A stretch of DNA of 64,000 bases from Candidatus Wildermuthbacteria bacterium (GTDB lineage Bacteria; Patescibacteriota; Minisyncoccia; Minisyncoccales; UBA10102): contig JACPMK010000002.1 in assembly GCA_016186115.1 (NCBI GenBank), positions 8,983-72,982 of the forward strand, given 5' to 3'. The notes beneath the pieces are model-generated. The model searched no databases, was not told the DNA's origin, and saw only the letters and a program-made list of their open reading frames with translations. The position numbers and the translations under genes are program-made. Each line of letters starts with the position of its first letter. The stretch's first letter is position 1. This document shows, one piece after another, positions 1 to 9,553 of this stretch.

Positions 1-1
1 A

Positions 2-1861
2 CTCGAACCTCAAGAGATTTTGCTTGATCGACTAGCACTGCAGCAAGAGGAAAACGGCCTTGAGCAAAAGCGAATTGAAGTTCCCCTTTCCAAAACTGTT
101 GCACGGGCAATCTTTCTTTTGTTGCTAGTGGGCTTGGGGGTGTTTCTTGAGAGGACTTTTCATTTTCAAATTGCCGAACATCGTGCCCTTTCTGCTCTTG
201 CCGAACAGAACATGATTCGTACGGTTCCGATCTTTGCGGAAAGGGGCGTGATGTACGATCATTCCATGCGCCAGCTTGTGTTTAATCGTTCAGGATTTGA
301 TCTTATATGCGACAAGCGCGATATGCCTTCTGACCGCGAGGGTCTCGAGCGAAACTTGCGTTTGCTTAGCAAAATTCTTGAGCGGCCATTTGATGAATTG
401 AAAGCGAATTTCGGAGAAACGAGTGCCCCATTCTTTCTTGCTCAAGAAAAACTTTCTCACGAGCAGCGTATTATCTGGGAGGCGAAAAAGAACGAGGTCT
501 CGGGCTGTGAGGTCAGGGAAACGATTGTGCGAGAGTATGCGGGCAATGCTTTCGCGCATCTTCTTGGATATGTCTCGAGTATCTCTGTACAGGAATTAAG
601 AGAAAAGCCGGGATATTTTGTAGGAGAAAATATCGGAAAAATGGGCGTCGAGTCGTCCTATGAAGATGTTTTGCGTGGGGAACCGGGCGAAATCCTTATT
701 GAAAAAGATGCAATGGGCAATGTTTTGTCAGAAGGAAAAGCGAAGGATCCTCGATCGGGAAATAATGCTGTGCTATGGCTTCGTTCTGAACTCCAGCAGA
801 AAGCGCAGAATGCTTTGCAAAATGTATTTGAGAAAACAGGGACAAAGAAAGGAGCAGTAGTTGCAATGGATCCCCGGAACGGAGGAGTGCTGGCGCTTGT
901 CAGTTTGCCCACGTTCGATAATAATATCTTTACGAAAGGAATGGCTGCGCAGGAATGGGAACAACTGCAGCGCGATCCCTCTGCTCCCTTGTTTAATCGG
1001 GCGATTTCGGGAATCGGATATCCTACTGGTTCCGTGATTAAACCCCTGGTGGGTCTGGCTGCTCTGCAGGAGGGCATCATTAACGAGAAAAAAATTATTT
1101 ATGCTCCTTTGGAATTATGTATATGGAATAAATACAGTCAACAAGATGAGTGTTTCCGCGATTGGACGTATCATGGTGATAGCGATATCAAGAGAGCAAT
1201 TGCTGAATCGATCAATACATTTTTTTATATCATAGGAGGAGGATACGGAGATATCGAGGGGCTTGGCGCGCAGAAAATAAAAGAGTATATCCAGGAATTC
1301 GGCTGGGGAAGCAAAACGGGGATCGACATTCCTGGCGAGGGTGCTGGCATATTACCGAATCTTGAAAAGGATTGGCGCTTAGGGAATACCTACCATTTTT
1401 CCATTGGCCAAGGTCCTTTTTCCATTACACCTGTTCAGGTCGCAGCTGCCTTTGGCGCGATTGCCAATGGCGGCACGCTTTATCAGCCAAGGGTTGTGGA
1501 AAGAATTATTGATAAGGAGAAAAATACAGTAAGAGAAATTCAACCTGTGATTATACGAGATCATTTGTCAGATGCTTCGTATCTGGAAACAATCCGAAAG
1601 GGCATGAGGCAAACCGTAACCGCGGGATCTGCTACTAATTGGCTGAATGAACTTCCGGTAAAAGTTGCAGCAAAAACAGGCACTGCGCAAACAGGGAGGA
1701 AAACTTCCGATGGGAAAGATTATTTATACAACTGGACAGTTGCGTTTGCGCCTTACGAAAACCCGGAGATCGTTGTCGTGGCAGTGGTGGAAAATGCCAG
1801 AGAAAATCAGGCGGTCGCACTGCCCGTGGTAAAAGATATTCTTGAAGAGTATTTTAGATAA
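2..1861 (+). CDS. mrdA: Penicillin-binding protein 2 (class B transpeptidase), 5'-truncated by the window edge
   Basis: N-terminal TM, RGxxYD dimerisation motif, SxxK (GSVIK), SxN (SIN), KTG; frame is open back to position 2. Confidence 0.92.
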   Translation, partial: LEPQEILLDRLALQQEENGLEQKRIEVPLSKTVARAIFLLLLVGLGVFLERTFHFQIAEHRALSALAEQNMIRTVPIFAERGVMYDHSMRQLVFNRSGFDLICDKRDMPSDREGLERNLRLLSKILERPFDELKANFGETSAPFFLAQEKLSHEQRIIWEAKKNEVSGCEVRETIVREYAGNAFAHLLGYVSSISVQELREKPGYFVGENIGKMGVESSYEDVLRGEPGEILIEKDAMGNVLSEGKAKDPRSGNNAVLWLRSELQQKAQNALQNVFEKTGTKKGAVVAMDPRNGGVLALVSLPTFDNNIFTKGMAAQEWEQLQRDPSAPLFNRAISGIGYPTGSVIKPLVGLAALQEGIINEKKIIYAPLELCIWNKYSQQDECFRDWTYHGDSDIKRAIAESINTFFYIIGGGYGDIEGLGAQKIKEYIQEFGWGSKTGIDIPGEGAGILPNLEKDWRLGNTYHFSIGQGPFSITPVQVAAAFGAIANGGTLYQPRVVERIIDKEKNTVREIQPVIIRDHLSDASYLETIRKGMRQTVTAGSATNWLNELPVKVAAKTGTAQTGRKTSDGKDYLYNWTVAFAPYENPEIVVVAVVENARENQAVALPVVKDILEEYFR

Positions 1862-1863
1862 AT

Positions 1864-2319
1864 ATGGCAAATTACATTACTGAAGAAGGAGTAAAGAAAA
1901 TTAAAGAAGAGCTCGATTATTTGAAGAATACCAAGCGCAAAGAAATTACCGAACGGATACGCGTTGCGGTTGCTCATGGCGACTTGAGTGAGAACTTTGA
2001 GTATGCGGCGGCAAGAGAGGAACAGGAAATGGTTGAGTTGCGGATACGCGAATTAGAAGAGGTTCTTTTGAATTCGACAAAGGTTTCGACGTCTGTTTCG
2101 GGAGATACGGTGCAAATTGGTTCTCATATTCTTCTCGAGGTTGACAGCAAAAAAGTGGAGTATATCATCACAGGTCCCCAGGAAACAGACCCTCTCAATG
2201 GAAAAATTTCAGCCGAGTCGCCTTTGGGCCGGGCCCTTTTGGGCAGAAGGAAAGGCGATACCGCAAGCTTGGAAACCCCCGGCGGCAAAACCATATACAA
2301 AATCCTTGAGATTGCGTAG
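1864..2319 (+). CDS. greA: Transcription elongation factor GreA
   Basis: HGDLSENFEYAAA and ISAESPLGRALLG motifs. Confidence 0.97.
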   Translation: MANYITEEGVKKIKEELDYLKNTKRKEITERIRVAVAHGDLSENFEYAAAREEQEMVELRIRELEEVLLNSTKVSTSVSGDTVQIGSHILLEVDSKKVEYIITGPQETDPLNGKISAESPLGRALLGRRKGDTASLETPGGKTIYKILEIA

Positions 2320-2390
2320 GAACCGTATCGGGAGAATCGTATAAGGTTTATTATAAGATTTTTTGTTGCTATTTTTTGTTATAAATAATA

Positions 2391-2428
2391 TTGTCTGTAA
2401 TAAATGCGATCGCAAGTATTATAGACAA
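2391..2428. repeat. 38-bp imperfect palindrome TTGTC-N10-GCGATCGC-N10-GACAA, copy A
   Basis: ttgtctgtaataaatgcgatcgcaagtattatagacaa, downstream of the PaaX/Cas2-like gene. Confidence 0.85.
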
Positions 2429-2445
2429 AGCAATTCCTCTTTGTT

Positions 2446-3003
2446 TTAGGAAAGAAGTCCGAAATGACTCCGTAGTTTTATGTCATCTGATATTTTCTCC
2501 ACGATAGCAAGCTGAACATAGTGTGTTATACCCAGAAGTTCTGCTAAGAGCTGAATTTCGTTTTCGCAAGGCCATGGGCATGCCCAGGCGCTTTTTTGAA
2601 TTTGAAAGAAACCAAGGTTTTGCAATCTCATTCGTAACGCATTTCTTGCCGCCTTCTTTTTCTCTGGAATATCAAAGAGCACAATTCGCCATTTCCTGTC
2701 CCATTTTGATGGTTTTTCTATGTGGAGTTCTTCAAGGCGGTACTGTTTTACCTTTCTTTTGCCATTTTCTGTGAGTGCTACTGTAATCGTATTATCCTGT
2801 TTTTTAAGAATGACAAGACTATTTCTTTTTAGGTAGGAAAGCGTTTGTGCAATTTTTCGTTTGTCTCTTCCCCGAAACTCTTTTTTCCGTTGGAATATTT
2901 TGGCAAGTGGCATAAGAGCTCCGGGAGCAGTGAACGCTACCACCATGACTCCTCCCATAGCAAGCCCCAGGAGTATCTTTTTTGTAAGTTCTCTTTTTTT
3001 CAT
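2446..3003 (-). CDS. PaaX-like / Cas2-fold protein: hydrophobic N-terminus, winged-HTH-like region, Cas2-like C-terminal domain
   Basis: WDRKWRIVLFDIPEKKKAARNALRMRLQNLGFFQIQKSAW resembles the PaaX central (Cas2-like) domain; no cas genes or array nearby. Confidence 0.8.
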   Translation of the reverse strand: MKKRELTKKILLGLAMGGVMVVAFTAPGALMPLAKIFQRKKEFRGRDKRKIAQTLSYLKRNSLVILKKQDNTITVALTENGKRKVKQYRLEELHIEKPSKWDRKWRIVLFDIPEKKKAARNALRMRLQNLGFFQIQKSAWACPWPCENEIQLLAELLGITHYVQLAIVEKISDDIKLRSHFGLLS

Positions 3004-3032
3004 TCTTTCATTATTTCAAAAGGAGGAGTATA

Positions 3033-3070
3033 TTGTCAACAGAATTTGCGATCGCTAGATTTGTAGGCAA
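3033..3070. repeat. 38-bp imperfect palindrome TTGTC-N10-GCGATCGC-N10-GGCAA, copy B
   Basis: ttgtcaacagaatttgcgatcgctagatttgtaggcaa; overlaps the minus-strand TTGACA (3034-3039) upstream of the PaaX-like gene. Confidence 0.8.
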
Positions 3071-3122
3071 ATAGATAATAGATGTCGATTTTCCCTAGCG
3101 TTTGACACGCACAGTAGAATTC

Positions 3123-3151
3123 TTGACATTTTGGGGGTTGTGACATATAGT
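3123..3151 (+). promoter_or_regulatory. Sigma70-type promoter of the GlcG-like gene
   Basis: TTGACA-17 nt-TATAGT; AGGAGG at 3185-3190. Confidence 0.75.
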
Positions 3152-3197
3152 AGAGGTTACTGCTCAAAAATGAGCAAGTGAAAAAGGAGGCGTTATT

Positions 3198-3614
3198 TTG
3201 ACCAAGTCCTTCCAGAAGAAGCACATCTCTCTTCAGACGGCCCAGGACATGGTGGTTGCCGCCATGAAGAAGGCCCAGGAGATCGGCGTGCCGAGTTCTA
3301 TTGCCGTGTGCGATGCCGATGGCACTCTCAAGGCCTTTGTCCGCATGGATGGCGCCGCCCTACTCTCGGTGCGCGTTGCTCAGCAAAAGGCGTGGACAGC
3401 CATCTCCTTCGGCATGGCCACGCATCAGTGGTTTGAGTTCATTAAAGGCGACCCGCCCCTGCTGCACGGCATTGTGCATCAGCAAGACCTCATTGTCTTT
3501 GGCGGTGGCTACCCCATCAAGGAAGGCAACGACATCATTGGTGGCATTGGCGTCAGCGGTGGGCACTACAGCCAGGACCAGCAGGTAGCGGAGGCCGGGC
3601 TGGCAGCGGTATAG
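3198..3614 (+). CDS. GlcG/HbpS-family heme-binding protein
   Basis: IAVCDADG, RMDGA, KAWTA, GGGYPI, IGGIGVSGG motifs; TTG start after a strong SD. Confidence 0.9.
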   Translation: MTKSFQKKHISLQTAQDMVVAAMKKAQEIGVPSSIAVCDADGTLKAFVRMDGAALLSVRVAQQKAWTAISFGMATHQWFEFIKGDPPLLHGIVHQQDLIVFGGGYPIKEGNDIIGGIGVSGGHYSQDQQVAEAGLAAV

Positions 3615-3631
3615 CAGGTTTGATCTTTCAA

Positions 3632-3673
3632 CGGGGTGGTTGAGCGAAAGCTCAATCACCCCGCATTGTTTTT
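3632..3673 (+). terminator. Intrinsic terminator
   Basis: cggggtggttgagc-gaaa-gctcaatcaccccg followed by a T-rich tract. Confidence 0.8.
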
Positions 3674-3724
3674 ATGGCGTTGTTTTTGACCGGAGGCGGA
3701 AAATGCAGTAGAATTATGTAAACT

Positions 3725-5188
3725 ATGGCTACGATTGAAGAGATAAGAAAAGCAAGGTTAGAGAAATTAACGCGTCTGCAAAAAGCAGGGCTTTTGGCAT
3801 ATCCTTTAAAACTCAAAAGAACTTACAGAATTCAAGAACTTGTGAAAAGTTTTGCTCAATTGGCCAAAAGCCAGAAAGAAATCACCGTAACAGGCAGGAT
3901 CCGAAGTATACGCGAGCATGGCGGTTCCACGTTTTTTAACATTGAAGACGCGACAGGAATGATTCAATCCTATATCAAGCGCGACAGAGTGGGAGAAAAT
4001 GCCTATCAGCTTTTTCTTGAGAATTTCGATATCGGCGATTTCGTACAGGTGCGGGGCATTTTGTTCAATACAAAAAAGGGAGAAAAAACCATTGAGGTCG
4101 CTGATTACAAAATGCTTGCCAAAACATTTTTGCCTCTGCCCGATAAATGGCATGGACTTCAGGACGTGGAAGAAAGATACCGCAAAAGATACCTCGACCT
4201 CATTTTCAATGCAGAGGTAAAACAAAAATTCGAGCAGCGCGCAAAAATTCTCAAAGCCATCCGCGCATTTCTTGACGCAGAGGGATTTTTCGAGGTTGAA
4301 ACCCCAATTCTTCAGCCCTTGTATGGGGGAGCCGAAGCAAAGCCCTTCGTTACTCGTTTGAATGCTTTTGAGATGGATATGTATCTGCGCATAGCACCTG
4401 AACTTTATTTAAAACGTCTGATCGTTGGCGGGTTTGAAAAAGTATACGAAATCGGGCGCGTGTTTCGCAACGAGGGCGTTGACCGTTCGCATAATCCCGA
4501 TTTCACCATGCTCGAATTTTACTGGGCTTATGCTGATTATAAAGATTTGATGAAATTGACCGAGAAATTGTTTCTCCATATTTTTAAGGAATTATTCAAG
4601 AGAGCAAAAATCACGTACGAGGGCAAAGAATTGAATTTTAAAGCCCCTTGGCCGAGAATCGAGTACGTAGATTTGCTCCGCCAATATGCAAAAGTAGACA
4701 TTGAATCAGCAAATAAAGATGCCTTAACGCAGAAGGCAGAAGCATTGGGAGTTCCCGTGGACGCAAAATTCAGCAAGTTTCAAGTGGCTGATGCGATGTA
4801 CAAAAAATATTGCTTGCCTCGCCTTTGGAATCCAACTTTTGTCATTCATCATCCTGCAGGGTCAAAACCGCTCGCCAAGCAATTGGATGATGATCCTTCC
4901 AAGCTCGGATCTTTTCAGCTTATTGCCGCAGGATGGGAGTTGGTCAATGCGTTTTCCGAACAGAATAATCCTTTGCAGCAGCGCAAGATTTTTGAAGAGC
5001 AAGATACATTGCGCAAAGAAGGCATGGGCGAGGCACATCCTTTTGACGAGGATTTTCTAGAAGCCCTTGAATATGGCATGCCCCCGACTGCAGGATTCGG
5101 CATGGGCATTGACCGCCTCACTGCGCTCCTTACTGATTCCCATTCTTTGCGCGAAGTGATTTTATTCCCCACCATGAAACCGAAATAG
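3725..5188 (+). CDS. lysS: Lysine--tRNA ligase (class II)
   Basis: RYRKRYLDL, YLRIAPELYLKRLIVGG, FRNEG, YGMPPTAGFGMGIDRL. Confidence 0.98.
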   Translation: MATIEEIRKARLEKLTRLQKAGLLAYPLKLKRTYRIQELVKSFAQLAKSQKEITVTGRIRSIREHGGSTFFNIEDATGMIQSYIKRDRVGENAYQLFLENFDIGDFVQVRGILFNTKKGEKTIEVADYKMLAKTFLPLPDKWHGLQDVEERYRKRYLDLIFNAEVKQKFEQRAKILKAIRAFLDAEGFFEVETPILQPLYGGAEAKPFVTRLNAFEMDMYLRIAPELYLKRLIVGGFEKVYEIGRVFRNEGVDRSHNPDFTMLEFYWAYADYKDLMKLTEKLFLHIFKELFKRAKITYEGKELNFKAPWPRIEYVDLLRQYAKVDIESANKDALTQKAEALGVPVDAKFSKFQVADAMYKKYCLPRLWNPTFVIHHPAGSKPLAKQLDDDPSKLGSFQLIAAGWELVNAFSEQNNPLQQRKIFEEQDTLRKEGMGEAHPFDEDFLEALEYGMPPTAGFGMGIDRLTALLTDSHSLREVILFPTMKPK

Positions 5189-5189
5189 T

Positions 5190-6425
5190 ATGCTCGACAT
5201 TAAATTCATTCGGGAAAATCCAGAAAAAGTAAAAGACGGGATTGCAAAAAAGGGAGCAAGACCAGATTTGGTTGACGCGGTGCTGGAATTGGATAAAAAA
5301 AGGCGGGGATATCTTCAGAAAGTGGAGGAATTAAAAGCCCGTCAGAACAAATTGGGAAAAGATCATGTCGAAGAGGCAAAAGAAATAAAAAACCAAATTA
5401 AGGAATTGGCGCCAGAGTTGGAAAGTATTGAAAAAGAACTCCATGAAACGATTTTGCGATTGCCCAACTTGCCTTTTGAAGATGTTCCGGTTGGAGACGA
5501 AAGCAAGAGCGTAGTATTGCGAGAGGCGGGGGAAAAGCCCAATTTTGATTTTCAATCAAAGGATTATATGGAGCTCGGTGAGTCCTTGGATTTGATTGAT
5601 GTAAAACGGGCTGGGAAGGTTGCCGGAAGCCGTTTCGGCTATCTCAAAAGAGAGGCAGCCTTAATCGAGTTTGCTTTAATGAAACTTGCTTTCGATGCGT
5701 TGACGAAAGAAGGTTTTATCCCAGTTGTTCCGCCAGTGATGCTGAAAAGCCAGATGGCTCGCGGGATGGGCTATCTGGAGCAGACCGATAAAGAAGAAGC
5801 ATACTATTTGCCACAGGATGATTTGTATCTGGCGGGAACTGCTGAACAGCCCTTAGGCACTCTTCATGCGGATGAAATTTTTGATGAGCAGGAGTTGCCC
5901 CGCAGGTATGCTGGGTTTTCAACCTGTTTTCGAAGGGAAGCCGGATCTTATGGGAAAGACACAAAAGGAATATTCAGAGTGCATCAGTTTGATAAAATAG
6001 AGATGTTTAGTTACGCAAAGCCCGAGGATTCAAAAAAAGAGCACGAGTTTTTATTGGGCCTTCAGGAAAAATTTATGAAGCAGCTTGAACTGCCTTACCA
6101 CGTGGTGCTCATCGCTTCTGGAGATTTGGGGAACCCAGCTGCCAAAAAATATGATATTGAAACTTGGTTGCCTTCGGAGGGGAGATACCGGGAGACCCAT
6201 TCCACTTCGAATTGCACTGATTATCAAGCGAGACGTTTGAACATCCGTTATCGCAAAAAGGACGGAGGGATCGAATTCGTCCATACCTTAAATGGTACTG
6301 TCTTTGCCATTGGCAGAATGCTGATTATGATAATGGAAAATTGCCAACAAAAGGATGGGAGTATAGCAATTCCCAAAGTTTTGCAAAAATATATAGGAAA
6401 GAAAAAAATCGAAAGGCCGGTCTAG
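5190..6425 (+). CDS. serS: Serine--tRNA ligase
   Basis: MLDIKFIREN start, GTAE, FRREAGSYGKDTKGIFRVHQFDKIE, HTLNGT. Confidence 0.98.
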   Translation: MLDIKFIRENPEKVKDGIAKKGARPDLVDAVLELDKKRRGYLQKVEELKARQNKLGKDHVEEAKEIKNQIKELAPELESIEKELHETILRLPNLPFEDVPVGDESKSVVLREAGEKPNFDFQSKDYMELGESLDLIDVKRAGKVAGSRFGYLKREAALIEFALMKLAFDALTKEGFIPVVPPVMLKSQMARGMGYLEQTDKEEAYYLPQDDLYLAGTAEQPLGTLHADEIFDEQELPRRYAGFSTCFRREAGSYGKDTKGIFRVHQFDKIEMFSYAKPEDSKKEHEFLLGLQEKFMKQLELPYHVVLIASGDLGNPAAKKYDIETWLPSEGRYRETHSTSNCTDYQARRLNIRYRKKDGGIEFVHTLNGTVFAIGRMLIMIMENCQQKDGSIAIPKVLQKYIGKKKIERPV

Positions 6426-6679
6426 CGCGACCGGCCTCTTTGGAGGATCCATTTCCTCACTGTCTCTCCTGCCAACATTGGCCAGAAGCACGCAAGGACG
6501 ACGGTGGTTAAAGAATGGTCGAAAAATGCCTCTGTGCCGGCATTCTCTGCTCCATTCTTGATATGCCGCTCCTTGGCATTCAGATATTGATCTTTCTTTC
6601 TGGCTTGCAGAAAAATAGTGATAATTAATCCTGTCACATATATGGATATAAACCCCAGAACAAGTACTTCCCACATCAT
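6422..6679 (-). CDS. Small two-TM hypothetical membrane protein
   Basis: 85 aa, two hydrophobic segments, AGGAGG upstream of start. Confidence 0.65.
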   Translation of the reverse strand: MMWEVLVLGFISIYVTGLIITIFLQARKKDQYLNAKERHIKNGAENAGTEAFFDHSLTTVVLACFWPMLAGETVRKWILQRGRSR

Positions 6680-6743
6680 CTTCTACCTCCTTTAAGAGAA
6701 TAATGCCGCCTCCATAATATAATTTTTATAGAAATAGTCAAGC

Positions 6744-7511
6744 ATGCAGGAGAAAGATATTCTCATGAATGGGTTCAAAGTTCACTATAGAATCATGGGA
6801 CAGGGTCAACCGCTCTTGATTTTGCACGGCTGGGGTAGCTCCTCGGATCACTGGGTCAAAGTTCAGGAGCATATTGCAAGAGAGGAGATGGAAGTTGTTG
6901 TGCCCGATCTCCCCGGTTTTGGAAAAACCAATTGCCCGTCCGTAATTTGGGGCGTAAAGGATTACGCGGAATTTGTTGCGCAATTCGCAGCAAGCATCGG
7001 ATTAAAAAAGTTTTCTCTTGCCGGGCATTCTTTTGGCGGGCAGGTTGCAATCCAATTTGCGGTTTTCTATCCAGAGAAAATTGAAAAGCTTATTCTCATT
7101 GCTCCCGCGGCAATACGCAGAAGACCGGGCGTGAAAAATTCAGTGCTACGATTTGCCGCAAAAATAATTGGCATTGCGCTGTATGTTTTGCCTCCCAATG
7201 TGGGGGCGAATATAAAAAGTATAGGGTACCGGCTGCTGCGCAGGCCTGACTATCTGAAATCATACGGTATTATGAAGGATATCTTTAAACAAGTCATTAG
7301 CGAGGATTTGTCATCTGTTTTAAAAGATATTCGCGTACCAACGCTTTTGATATGGGGCAGGAGAGATACGCTCACTGCTCTTGAGGACGGGGTTTTTATG
7401 TCAAAGCAGATTCCCAATGCGATATTTAAGATCGATGATTCTTGCGGGCATAATTTTCATGTGCAGATTCCCGAAGTCTTGGCGAAAATGACAGTTCAGT
7501 TTATCAAATAA
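6744..7511 (+). CDS. Alpha/beta-fold hydrolase
   Basis: LHGWG, DLPGFG, GHSFGG nucleophile elbow, C-terminal GH. Confidence 0.92.
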   Translation: MQEKDILMNGFKVHYRIMGQGQPLLILHGWGSSSDHWVKVQEHIAREEMEVVVPDLPGFGKTNCPSVIWGVKDYAEFVAQFAASIGLKKFSLAGHSFGGQVAIQFAVFYPEKIEKLILIAPAAIRRRPGVKNSVLRFAAKIIGIALYVLPPNVGANIKSIGYRLLRRPDYLKSYGIMKDIFKQVISEDLSSVLKDIRVPTLLIWGRRDTLTALEDGVFMSKQIPNAIFKIDDSCGHNFHVQIPEVLAKMTVQFIK

Positions 7512-7512
7512 A

Positions 7513-7541
7513 GCGCCAATCTCGTAATACGAGATTGGCGC
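7513..7541. terminator. Perfect inverted repeat between convergent genes (likely terminator)
   Basis: gcgccaatctcgta-a-tacgagattggcgc. Confidence 0.7.
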
Positions 7542-7553
7542 GGGGAAAGAACT

Positions 7554-7757
7554 TTACTTTTGCTCATTACTTTTGTCAGAGGATTCGGTAATTTCTACTT
7601 CTCCTTTGCCGCGAATCTTGATAACGAAGCGGCATTTAGGATTCGTGCATGCCCATGCCTTATAGGGGATAGGGGTCCCCTCTCTGGTATAATCTGATAG
7701 GGGAACCAAGTCCCCTTTCCCGCATCTCTGGCATTTTGGAAGGTTAGGTAGGACCAT
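7554..7757 (-). CDS. Small zinc-ribbon hypothetical protein
   Basis: CQRC and CTNPKC cysteine pairs; AGGAGG upstream. Confidence 0.75.
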   Translation of the reverse strand: MVLPNLPKCQRCGKGDLVPLSDYTREGTPIPYKAWACTNPKCRFVIKIRGKGEVEITESSDKSNEQK

Positions 7758-7789
7758 ATTTCCTCCTTTAGCTACAGCTCTACCATATC

Positions 7790-9553
7790 ATGTTTGAAAC
7801 TCTATTCCCAAATATCATACATTTTCTTTTTTCATTGAGCGCGTTAGCGTTTTGGTCACTTCCGGTTTTGTGGTTGGTTCGTCAAGTGAAGGCAATCAAC
7901 GTATGGCTTTATCTCTGGCAATTAAAGGAATACCATATCGGAAGGTTCATTGACCATTTCCGTACTACAAAAGGGAAAAAGTTAGTATGCAACAAAGCGA
8001 TTGCAATTAAATTTCTATTTTTTCTGATTTTTATAAGTCAAGCAATTTATTTCGTGTTTGCATATCCTCTCGATAAAATTGTATCCCGCCCCGATATTGT
8101 GGAGGATTTTCTTCCATTTTTGCAAGTAGGGAGCTTTATTGGTCTATTCGGCATGTATAGTTTTGAGGCATATAGAGGAATCCGAAATTTTATAAAGAGG
8201 TTATACATTCCTGTTTTCACTAAAAAAATAATTTTCTTATTTTTTATAGGGATTACAGTACAAATCTTTTTGCCATTATCTTTATTCTTGACGCCAGTAT
8301 TTGCCAGTATTTTCCCTGATAGTTTTAAAAGTTTTACTGCTGGTATATTAATGTTTTTTGCGTTAGGGATTTTTGTAGATCTTGCCACTCCTATTATTGT
8401 TTCTGCAATAGTGCTTATCTTTCAACCATTTGCTATGTTGGGGAAGAGACATATTATTGCAAAGGCAAAACAGAAAAGGGCAAATCTGAAAAATTTGAAG
8501 GTAGTCGGTATCACAGGAAGCTACGGAAAAACATCAACCAAAGAATTTCTTTTTACCATATTACAAGAGAAATTTCGTGTATTAAAAACCCCGGAACACC
8601 GGAATTCCGAGATTGGAATTTCGCAAACAATTCTCAATGATTTAAAAGAAGATCACCAAATTTTTATTTGCGAAATGGGAGCGTACAATAAAGGAGGAGT
8701 GAAGTTGCTTGCAGAAATCGCCCAACCCCAGATTGCAATTCTCACGGGGGCAAATGAACAACACTTAGCTCTATTTGGTTCAATGGAGAATCTCTTGAGC
8801 GCAGAGGGTGGGGGAGAGCTAGTTGAGACATTGCCGGAAAATGGAACGGTAATCATAAATGGATATAGCGAAAAACTCAAAACTCAAATCCCCCGCCTTC
8901 GCCAGACCTATAGCGGGCAAGTAAAACTCAAAAAATTTATTGTTGCTGGGGAAGATATGCGAGCAGCGAATGTACGCGTGGAGAAGGAGAATATTTATTT
9001 TGAGGTAGATGGGGTGCAGTTTCAGGTGTCCGTATGTGGCGGCCACAACGTGCAGAATTTGTCGGTCGCCATAGCCGCGGCGCGAGAGCTGGGGATGGGG
9101 CTGAAAGAAATTGCAGAGGCGTGCGAGAAAATTACTCAAGATATGGGTGCAATGAAGTTGAGAAAAGGAATCAATGGGCTCAACATTATTAATGCAACGT
9201 ATTCCGCAAATCCTGATGGGGTTATTGCGGCTTTAGAATATCTGAAATTATGGGAAGGCAAAAAAGTTATTGTGATGCCGTGTCTCATTGAGCTTGGAAT
9301 GGCGTCCGAGCAAGTCCACAAAAAAATCGGCCAGAAAATAGGAGAGGTATGCGACTTGGCGATTATCGTTACCAAAGATAAATTTCAAGCCATCAAAGAA
9401 GGTATGGCTCAAGGCAAGGCAGAAGTTGTGTATTCAGAAAATCCTCAAGCAATTTTTGAAAAGGTAAGGCCTTTCACTGTGTCAGATAATGTGCTTTTGC
9501 TGGAAGGCAGAATACCGCAACAGATTATAAACCAGTTTGTAGAAAAACCATGA
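7790..9553 (+). CDS. murF: MurF-family Mur ligase with a multi-TM N-terminal extension
   Basis: GITGSYGKTSTKE P-loop, EMGA, YSANPDG, LIELG; about 210-aa hydrophobic N-terminus. Confidence 0.88.
   Translation: MFETLFPNIIHFLFSLSALAFWSLPVLWLVRQVKAINVWLYLWQLKEYHIGRFIDHFRTTKGKKLVCNKAIAIKFLFFLIFISQAIYFVFAYPLDKIVSRPDIVEDFLPFLQVGSFIGLFGMYSFEAYRGIRNFIKRLYIPVFTKKIIFLFFIGITVQIFLPLSLFLTPVFASIFPDSFKSFTAGILMFFALGIFVDLATPIIVSAIVLIFQPFAMLGKRHIIAKAKQKRANLKNLKVVGITGSYGKTSTKEFLFTILQEKFRVLKTPEHRNSEIGISQTILNDLKEDHQIFICEMGAYNKGGVKLLAEIAQPQIAILTGANEQHLALFGSMENLLSAEGGGELVETLPENGTVIINGYSEKLKTQIPRLRQTYSGQVKLKKFIVAGEDMRAANVRVEKENIYFEVDGVQFQVSVCGGHNVQNLSVAIAAARELGMGLKEIAEACEKITQDMGAMKLRKGINGLNIINATYSANPDGVIAALEYLKLWEGKKVIVMPCLIELGMASEQVHKKIGQKIGEVCDLAIIVTKDKFQAIKEGMAQGKAEVVYSENPQAIFEKVRPFTVSDNVLLLEGRIPQQIINQFVEKP

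Noticed and set aside
2446..3003. CRISPR-Cas system suggested by the Cas2-like domain
   Set aside because: No repeat-spacer array and no cas1 or effector gene anywhere in the window
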